This document shows positions 1 through 5,660 of a DNA stretch of 6,269 nt, piece by piece. The notes beneath the pieces were generated by a model. That model was not told the DNA's origin. It saw nothing but the letters and a program-made list of their open reading frames with translations, and did no database searches. Source of the DNA: Promethearchaeota archaeon (GTDB lineage Archaea > Asgardarchaeota > Thorarchaeia > Thorarchaeales > Thorarchaeaceae); assembly GCA_027031765.1 (NCBI GenBank), contig JALVPN010000045.1, positions 1 through 6,269 on the forward strand, given 5' to 3'. The position numbers and the translations under genes are program-made. Every line of letters begins with the position of its first letter. Within the stretch, counting starts at the first letter, position 1.

Positions 1-2
1 GC

Positions 3-956
3 GGAGAGTCGTTGCTCGTCGTGACGGATGATGTCCGGCAGGATGTTGGCAGCGCGTTCGCCCGGGGTGCCCTCGCCCTTGGCCTGTGGACGAGGATGGT
101 AGTCCTTGAGACCAGTGAGATGGCCCGTGAGACCGTCCCGGAACACCTGTTGGAGATACTCAACTCGGCAGACCCACCTGACATCTATATCAACACCCTG
201 CGTGGGCCCGCCCAGGAGACCCCGTTCAGGATTGAAATAATCCACCTGGAAACAAGGAAGCGGCGGTCGCGGCTGGGCCACTGTCCAGGGATCACCATGG
301 ACATGTTGACAGAGGGGGCTCTGGCCCTGACACAACAGGAGCACAGGCAGATGCAGGCACAGGCTCGCGAGCTGCTGGCCGTGCTCCAGGGGGTCGAGTC
401 AGTACATGTGCAGGCCCCTACTGGCTCTGACTTCACGCTCGGCGTCAGGGGACGCACCTGGTTCACTGACACGTACGTCGACTGGAAGACCATGAAGTGG
501 ATGAACCTGCCCACGGGCGAGGTGCTTGTCGGGCCTGTCGAGACATCAATGGACGGTACGCTTGTCTGCGATGTTGCCATCAGTGGTATCGGCCCTGTCA
601 AGAGCCCTGTGACCTTGGAGGTACGTGGTGGGCGCGTGGAGAAGGTCAGGTCGGACGACAGGCATGCGGTCAGGGTGGTACAGCAGTCCCAGTCTGTGGA
701 CGCAATGGCAAGGCACGTCGGCGAGTTTGCCATCGGGCTGAACCCGAGGGCCAGAGTTGTCAGGGAGTTCCTCGAGTCCGAGAAGGTGGCCAACACGGTC
801 CACGTGGCCTTCGGGAACAACATGGACTACCCGGGCTTGGTCGCCAACAACTCAGCAAACCACCAGGACTTCCTCATAGCACGGCCGACCGTGACTGTCA
901 CTTACAGCGACGGACACACGCGGGTGGTCGTGGAAGACGGCAGGACCGTCATCTGA
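3..956 (+). CDS. M29-family (aminopeptidase T / thermophilic metalloprotease-like) aminopeptidase, 5'-truncated
   Basis: The frame is open from the window edge (3-11 reads G-E-S before the TTG at 12). GESLLVVTD resembles the usual N-terminal GExxLIVTD segment, so the true start lies upstream. Family motifs in the translation: NLPTGEVLVGP, GEFAIGLNP, ESEKVANTVHVAFGNN and SANHQDF, carrying candidate Glu/Glu/His/His/Asp metal ligands. Stop TGA at 954-956. Confidence 0.88.
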   Translation, partial: GESLLVVTDDVRQDVGSAFARGALALGLWTRMVVLETSEMARETVPEHLLEILNSADPPDIYINTLRGPAQETPFRIEIIHLETRKRRSRLGHCPGITMDMLTEGALALTQQEHRQMQAQARELLAVLQGVESVHVQAPTGSDFTLGVRGRTWFTDTYVDWKTMKWMNLPTGEVLVGPVETSMDGTLVCDVAISGIGPVKSPVTLEVRGGRVEKVRSDDRHAVRVVQQSQSVDAMARHVGEFAIGLNPRARVVREFLESEKVANTVHVAFGNNMDYPGLVANNSANHQDFLIARPTVTVTYSDGHTRVVVEDGRTVI

Positions 957-1590
957 ACCAGTCCCCAAGGTCCCTGCGCAGGGCGGCTGCGGCGACCCGG
1001 GCCACTCGTACGGGTTCCGGCACCCGACCGTGTACCGTGAACATGTCGAGCAGGGACTTCGCACGTCTCGTGGAGATGCCGACCGTGTTCACAAACACCT
1101 CGTGCCCATTGTTCAGGCGCACGGCCTGCCGCTCACCATTCCTGCGTACGGTGTCCCAGCGCGCCTCCCAGTCGTCCGGGAAGTACTCCTTGAGGTACTC
1201 CAAGATGCCCTCTGACGCATAGTATGACACACAGACGACAGGGACACCACTGACACGGGAGAGCTCGTGCAGGTCCACTATGTTGAACCATGACACCACG
1301 CTGCCACCAAGCACCCACACACGGATGTCCTCGCGGCCGAGGGCCGAGAACATCGACAGCAGCTGAGAGGTCACATCAGTGCCGCCGACCGTGGGGCGAC
1401 AGTAGCCGAGCCCATCAATCATCAGGTCGCCACGCATGACCACGCCGACTGTGTTACTGTACCGGTCGCCCTTCACGAAGCTCTCGGCGACACCGAGCAC
1501 ACGTACACCACGTTTCCACGGGGCATGGCTGTGTCTGTCGTCAGCGTGCTGCCCCGGCTCGGATGACGTGATCTCCAACAATGCCTGCAC
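949..1590 (-). CDS. DUF99 / UPF0215 family endonuclease V-like (RNase H fold) protein
   Basis: Motifs KRGVRVLGVAESF, VGVVMRGDLMIDG, TVGGTDVT, VLGGSVVSWFNIVDL, GVPVVCV and GRVPEPVRVARVAA match DUF99. The start is uncertain: GTG at 1590 gives ~25 aa of extra N-terminus, and TTG alternatives lie just downstream. Stop TGA at 949-951 overlaps the aminopeptidase 3' end. Confidence 0.85.
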   Translation of the reverse strand: MQALLEITSSEPGQHADDRHSHAPWKRGVRVLGVAESFVKGDRYSNTVGVVMRGDLMIDGLGYCRPTVGGTDVTSQLLSMFSALGREDIRVWVLGGSVVSWFNIVDLHELSRVSGVPVVCVSYYASEGILEYLKEYFPDDWEARWDTVRRNGERQAVRLNNGHEVFVNTVGISTRRAKSLLDMFTVHGRVPEPVRVARVAAAALRRDLGDWFR

Positions 1591-1772
1591 CTCGTCAGGT
1601 CCTCGTCCGGATGGACGCTATACACCGCTGCATATAGGTGCTGGCACGTACCGGGAGTGGGCAACAACAGGACGTGGCACGTTGTGGCCCCTGTTCAGGA
1701 GTCCATGGCATCGGACGGGAGCACCGCAGTGGTGCAGTGACCCGGCATGGACAGCACCACCCGGACCCGATA

Positions 1773-2732
1773 TCACCCCTTCTCCTCCGGTGGCCCCTCC
1801 AGCTCGTACACGGCCACCGTCTTGAAGATGTCGCGCAGCTGCTCGCAACGGTCAATGTCGGTCGCGACCATGTCGTAGGCCTCGATGCCGAGGAACCGCG
1901 ATACCACTGGTGGTGGTACTGCACCCTCGACGTCCTGAAAGTTAGCTATCGCAATGACAGAACGTGGCAGGAAACGCCTGTGTGCCATCAGCAACCTGCG
2001 TGCCTCCACCACCCCCAGTTTAGAGCTGTCCAGTACCAGTACTGCGACATCAGCGCGCCGGAGATAGGAGCGCCAGGCACGCTGATAGGGGCGCCTGCCC
2101 GGCAGGTCGTACAACATGATGAGCTTGTTCGATACGTGGAACCACTCCTCTGACGCGCTCAGGTCGTCCATAGCGACCACGCGCCAATAAGCACCCACGG
2201 GTGGTGCCTGGGCCACTCTTGTGCTCGGGACATAGTCGTTGACCACGGAGCCCCGGCTCGCCAGGCGGAACACTGAAGTCTTCCCCGTCCGCGCACCACC
2301 AAAGAGGACAATCTTCACCCGTTCAAACACGACCTCGTTTATTGAGGAGATGAGGTCTCGCCGCTCGGCCCCATCAAGTGAGGGTACCGACCCCTCTTCG
2401 AACCGCGACTGCAGTTCCGCAAGGACCATGCCGGCACGTACGCGTACTGAAGCTGGTGGCTCAAGGGCATCGCCAACGACGACGACTGCGGTCCCCCTAT
2501 CGACCGCCACGCCCACCGTGAGCTCAAGACCGGATGGCATCTCAAGCCTCATGGTAGTGAGCCGCATCATGCCGAAGTCGGGGTCAATCCCAACGACCTC
2601 CTGCTGACTGGTCCTGTGCACGAGCTGCTGGAGCTGGTGAGACTCCACAGCCAGAGGGGCATGGACTATCCTGATGACCTCGGTCGTCAGTGGTGAGAAT
2701 ACCAGTACCTGGACAATCAATGCGTCTGTCAC
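1773..2732 (-). CDS. Ras-superfamily (Arf/Rab-like) small GTPase with ~135-aa N-terminal alpha/beta extension
   Basis: G1 GGARTGKTS, G2-like DYVPST, G3 YDLPG, the following strand ADVAVLVLDSS, G4-like IANFQD and G5-like MVAT appear in the correct order. The GTG at 2732 sits inside an SD-like GAGGGGTGA, so the true start could instead be the in-frame TTG four codons later. Confidence 0.85.
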   Translation of the reverse strand: MTDALIVQVLVFSPLTTEVIRIVHAPLAVESHQLQQLVHRTSQQEVVGIDPDFGMMRLTTMRLEMPSGLELTVGVAVDRGTAVVVVGDALEPPASVRVRAGMVLAELQSRFEEGSVPSLDGAERRDLISSINEVVFERVKIVLFGGARTGKTSVFRLASRGSVVNDYVPSTRVAQAPPVGAYWRVVAMDDLSASEEWFHVSNKLIMLYDLPGRRPYQRAWRSYLRRADVAVLVLDSSKLGVVEARRLLMAHRRFLPRSVIAIANFQDVEGAVPPPVVSRFLGIEAYDMVATDIDRCEQLRDIFKTVAVYELEGPPEEKG

Positions 2733-2838
2733 CCCTCTGGTGTGAGAGCCGTAAGGGATTCTACATACTAGTCTTTGTAACTTCCGCAGATGTACAGGCG
2801 GGCATCACTCCCAGCGTACGGACAGCGGCGGGGCCAGG

Positions 2839-4998
2839 CTACCTGAAGCCGCCGGAAACACACGCGGAGTGACATGCGGAGTGACATGCGGAGTGGCACA
2901 CGCATGCGGAATGGCACGCAGAATGACATGCGGAGTGACACGCATCGTGCGACACACACTTGGACGTGTGTTCGAGGAGGGGTGCAAACGGTGCCGAGAT
3001 TGTCTTTGCGACACCGGACACTATCTCACCGACCGTAGATGTCACTTTCCCGACGACCTTGGCGGTGGTCGCAGCAACATCACCAACTATCTCTCCGGTG
3101 GTCGAGATGGTCCGTCCGGCAGCGTCGGCAATGCCAGAGAACCATTCGGGGAGCCTGATCTCACCACCGACAGCCCCCGGTTCGGTAATCGTCCTGTCGA
3201 TGTGGTCGTGGCCCCTGTGCAGGTACAGCCAGTACCATGCCCAGTCGTCACCGTACGTGCCGTCAAGGTAGTACTGTGTGCGTCCATCAATGGTGGGCCT
3301 GCCCTGTAGCTCGTCCCACGCACCATCAATACGCTCCCTGTGCCGGTCCATCGTTGCCTCGAAGTCAGCGTCCCATACCTTCCCCTGTACCCGTTCTGCC
3401 AGGGCATCTAGCATCTCGTCGACCCGTCCAGGGTCCAGCTGGTCGTCAACGATTGCGTTGACAAACATCTCCTCGTAGTACGTTAGGTCTTCGAACCTCA
3501 GACCGGTCACAGACAGGCGCAGTGGGTCTGTCGACAGTACACGCACGGCACCCTTCCTGACACATGACATCAGTATCATTGAGACAATCTTCTGGCGGGT
3601 CTCGTTGGCGAACAGTGCAGACTCTACTGGGTCGAGGTCGGCAGCCTCACCAGGCTGACCAAAGGTCTCGACTGTGATCTCAGGACTGATGTACACCGAC
3701 GTTGTGTCCTCGCTGGTCCAGTCTGCACCATACCGGCGGCGCACGAGCCTGTACCATGAGACGACAACCCCCAACAGCATCAGCGAGAGGCCACCGAAGA
3801 AGATGGCCCTGAACAACGGCGTGTCCACTGGTGACGGTGGCGCCTCTGAGATATAGACCGATACTGTGAACCTGAGCCAGTCCGTCATGTTCACGTCCGA
3901 CGCGGACACTGTGAACTCAATGTCCAGCACCTGTCCTGCGTCGCTTGCGAGGAGCTGGTACGTAAGGGTGGTCTGTCCGCCATCGGGGAGCGTGCCAATA
4001 TCGGTGACCGTCTCGCCAGAAACGAGGGTCAGGTTCGCCGGCAGCGCCATGTTCACCACAACGTCGTGTAGTGCAGAGTCACCGTCATTGTACACAGAGA
4101 GGAGCAGCCCGAACTCCTGCTGAGCGTATGCGTTCACCGTCCGCTGCACGTCATAGCCCAGATGGCCGGGCCGTACGAACGGCGCATAGAAGGCCCAGTC
4201 AGTGTACTGGAACACCAGGAACTGGAACTCTGTGTCGACCGGGGAGTGTTGCATGACCACGCTGAAGTACCTCGTGGTGGCCGAGGCATCGTGAGGATAT
4301 GCCAGCAGCTCCACGCTGTCGAACGGTGTGTGGGACGATGTGTCCAGATCCCAGACCCCCTGACGTGAGTCTGTGATGTAGTGCGCGTGGTCTGCGCCAG
4401 CAGGGAGGACACCACCCTCTGGAGTGATCCACGACGAGTTCAGTTCAATCGGGTACACCACCGTGACCCTCTCGAACTCAACTGGCACCGACCACCGCAC
4501 AGGGGCCCAGTGGAGGACACCGAGGTCACCGGCAGTGTCGTCGTAAGTATGTTCTATGACGCGGGAGGTGCTATAGTACCCGAACACGACGGTACCGGTC
4601 TCGCCGGCCTCAATCCTACGGGTCCAGTCGAGCTTGTAGCCGTCCGCGGTCACTGTCACCATCAGGTCCTCGCGCTCGCCGTCGACCTCCACATACGCCC
4701 GTCCCGTGTCGTACACCGTTGACTCCTCTATGCCGAAGAGGTCGAAGCCCCCGACTGACCCGGTCTGCACACTGATGGCTATCCAGTAGGTGACGTTTAC
4801 GCGTCCGTTCGGCAGGACGACGAGCAGCACTTCGATGCTGTCAAGGGTGAGTTCCAGGTCCTGACTGGGCTCTGCACACACTGCTGACAGCACGTGGGGT
4901 GATGCCTGTGTCGGGGCCGTTTGGAGGGACAGACACAACACTGTGGTCAGTACGAGCAACACAAGGACCGTGTACACTCCAGTCTGACGACGCCCCAT
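2839..4998 (-). CDS. ~719-aa type I membrane protein (signal peptide, DUF2207-like N-domain, Ig-like CARDB/DUF11-type domain, single TM helix, cytoplasmic domain) ending in a Cys/His-rich CHSA-repeat tail; candidate radical-SAM substrate
   Basis: The ORF track gives 2839..5103. ATG 4998 is preferred because SD GGGGGTGA lies 5 nt upstream and it begins a signal peptide (MGRRQTGVYTVLVLLVLTTVLCLSLQTAPTQA|S). LDSIEVLLVVLPNGRVNVTYWI resembles DUF2207 N-termini. FGLLLSVYNDGDSALHDVVVNMALPANLTLVSG...IGTLPDGGQTTLTY (~3850-4140) is Ig-like. The TM helix LFRAIFFGGLSLMLLGVVVSWY (~3751-3816) is followed by RLVRRR (positive-inside). LDPVESALF...IVSMILMSCVRKGAVRV resembles DUF2207 C-terminal regions. The CDS is firm; the domain names come from pattern recognition, not a search. 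Confidence 0.85.
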   Translation of the reverse strand: MGRRQTGVYTVLVLLVLTTVLCLSLQTAPTQASPHVLSAVCAEPSQDLELTLDSIEVLLVVLPNGRVNVTYWIAISVQTGSVGGFDLFGIEESTVYDTGRAYVEVDGEREDLMVTVTADGYKLDWTRRIEAGETGTVVFGYYSTSRVIEHTYDDTAGDLGVLHWAPVRWSVPVEFERVTVVYPIELNSSWITPEGGVLPAGADHAHYITDSRQGVWDLDTSSHTPFDSVELLAYPHDASATTRYFSVVMQHSPVDTEFQFLVFQYTDWAFYAPFVRPGHLGYDVQRTVNAYAQQEFGLLLSVYNDGDSALHDVVVNMALPANLTLVSGETVTDIGTLPDGGQTTLTYQLLASDAGQVLDIEFTVSASDVNMTDWLRFTVSVYISEAPPSPVDTPLFRAIFFGGLSLMLLGVVVSWYRLVRRRYGADWTSEDTTSVYISPEITVETFGQPGEAADLDPVESALFANETRQKIVSMILMSCVRKGAVRVLSTDPLRLSVTGLRFEDLTYYEEMFVNAIVDDQLDPGRVDEMLDALAERVQGKVWDADFEATMDRHRERIDGAWDELQGRPTIDGRTQYYLDGTYGDDWAWYWLYLHRGHDHIDRTITEPGAVGGEIRLPEWFSGIADAAGRTISTTGEIVGDVAATTAKVVGKVTSTVGEIVSGVAKTISAPFAPLLEHTSKCVSHDACHSACHSACHSACVCHSACHSACHSACVSGGFR
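2857..2940 (-). repeat. Coding tandem repeat: six 12-nt units encoding CHSA, arranged as two 42-nt blocks of (CHSA)3-CV
   Basis: Units read on the minus strand: tgtcactccgca (2929-2940), tgtcattctgcg (2917-2928), tgccattccgca (2905-2916), tgccactccgca (2887-2898), tgtcactccgca (2875-2886) and tgtcactccgcg (2863-2874). All differences fall at third codon positions. Confidence 0.95.
3007..3105 (-). repeat. Three degenerate 11-residue repeats (STTGEIVGDVA / ATTAKVVGKVT / STVGEIVSGVA) within the membrane protein
   Basis: Aligned by eye from the translation. GEIV recurs exactly 22 aa apart. A weaker fourth copy (SGIADAAGRTI) lies at 3106-3138. Confidence 0.7.
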
Positions 4999-5011
4999 CC
5001 TGCTCACCCCC
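4999..5011 (-). promoter_or_regulatory. Archaeal-type Shine-Dalgarno site (GGGGGTGA) for the membrane protein
   Basis: tcaccccc at 5004-5011 reads GGGGGTGA on the minus strand, with a 5-nt spacer to ATG 4998. It resembles the archaeal GGAGGTGA consensus. Confidence 0.65.
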
Positions 5012-5111
5012 AGCAGGTGTCCGGCCACTGTAGACGGTCGCCGGGAGGTGGCCGTAGGCACGCGACACGGGAAGTGCACACAGTGGTCACCCCTCTCATT
5101 CATGGGGCCAG

Positions 5112-5510
5112 TCAGTCGCCCCGCCGGGCACGGATTACCTCGGCCTGTGCAATGGTGAGGTTTGACAGGTCGGCCTTGGCAGCAGCCCAGGTCTCGAGGT
5201 CTGGAAAGTTCTGGACCATCCCGCTCCAGACAAGGTGGTACGCCCGCTTGAGGACAGTTCCCACATCCCCGCCCGTACCAACATACTCAAAGAAGCACTT
5301 GACAACGGCAGGCCTCTGTGCTGACATGTCCTCCGGCACCTCGGTCCCGAAGCCCGCAAAGGCCACGTCGAGTTCACGCAGGACATCTATCCGTTCGCGG
5401 ATCCCCGCTGCTATCACAGGGAGGTCGATGTCAAAGGCTGAGAACGTCATCACAAGCTTCCTGCCGCTGATCACACCGTAGGGCAGCCGTGTCTCGCCAG
5501 CACTCATCAC
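5112..5510 (-). CDS. Hypothetical protein, ~131-132 aa, no recognised family
   Basis: Clean ORF with globular-protein composition. GAGGAG lies upstream (ttgaggagagaaa-GTG-ATG), and the start is GTG 5510 or ATG 5507. It is co-oriented with the membrane protein. Confidence 0.75.
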   Translation of the reverse strand: MMSAGETRLPYGVISGRKLVMTFSAFDIDLPVIAAGIRERIDVLRELDVAFAGFGTEVPEDMSAQRPAVVKCFFEYVGTGGDVGTVLKRAYHLVWSGMVQNFPDLETWAAAKADLSNLTIAQAEVIRARRGD

Positions 5511-5554
5511 TTTCTCTCCTCAAGTAAGCTACACCGGTTGTTGTACGCATGGAC

Positions 5555-5567
5555 AGATAAGGCTTTC
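5555..5567 (-). promoter_or_regulatory. Possible BRE/TATA-like promoter for the leftward gene run
   Basis: The minus strand reads GAAAG-CCTTATCT about 45 nt upstream of the 5510 start. This is a weak match to archaeal BRE plus TATA in the divergent intergenic region. Confidence 0.35.
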
Positions 5568-5595
5568 ATGTCGACCTGAGTACCAGGTCATGTCA

Positions 5596-5615
5596 CCCCA
5601 GTAGCTCTACTGGGG
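5596..5615. promoter_or_regulatory. Perfect inverted repeat CCCCAGTAG-ct-CTACTGGGG in the divergent intergenic region (possible operator)
   Basis: 9-bp arms at 5596-5604 and 5607-5615 with a 2-nt spacer. The repeat is directly visible; its function is inferred. Confidence 0.45.
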
Positions 5616-5660
5616 GCACGGCACAAGACCTATGACGGGACGTTGCAACGGGGTCACAAG

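Noticed and set aside
3-956. Aminopeptidase as the leader-trimming peptidase of the putative RiPP system
   Set aside because: It is convergent, two genes away from the candidate substrate, and belongs to a widespread housekeeping family. Only proximity supports a link.
185-1222. Long alternative ORFs 185..823 (-) and 497..1222 (+)
   Set aside because: They overlap the motif-supported aminopeptidase and DUF99 genes, have Ser/Thr- or Arg/Gly-biased shadow composition, and show no motifs.
1436-2607. ORFs 1436..1825, 1638..2153, 2239..2607 (+) and 1595..1924, 1618..1848 (-)
   Set aside because: They are antisense or out-of-frame overlaps of the GTPase and DUF99 genes, as expected in GC-rich DNA, with no recognisable domains.
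2757-2792. AT-rich patch upstream of the GTPase as a promoter or terminator
   Set aside because: The composition shift is visible, but there is no convincing TATA/BRE, U-tract or hairpin.
2839-2841. TAG after the Cys-rich tail as a pyrrolysine or read-through codon
   Set aside because: GGFR reads as a natural C-terminus, the downstream sequence is not protein-like, and there is no pyl evidence in the window.
2857-2940. 12-nt tandem repeats as a CRISPR array or non-coding VNTR
   Set aside because: The units are too short, there are no unique spacers and no cas genes, and the variation is purely synonymous in the membrane-protein frame.
2768-3014. Alternative minus-strand ORFs over the repeat (2768..2959 MSLRMSLRV..., 2805..3014)
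   Set aside because: They are out-of-frame readings of the same repeat with no independent support.
2869-3309. Plus-strand ORF with TCGV-like repeats (MTCGVTCGVAHACG...) as a separate Cys-rich precursor
   Set aside because: It is an antisense shadow of the CHSA tail. The unit differences are non-synonymous in this frame (T/A, C/R, G/R, V/M) and synonymous on the minus strand.
4999-5103. Longest-ORF start at ATG 5103 for the membrane protein
   Set aside because: It adds 35 low-information residues ahead of a clear signal peptide and has no SD, whereas ATG 4998 has GGGGGTGA at 5 nt. It is not fully excluded.
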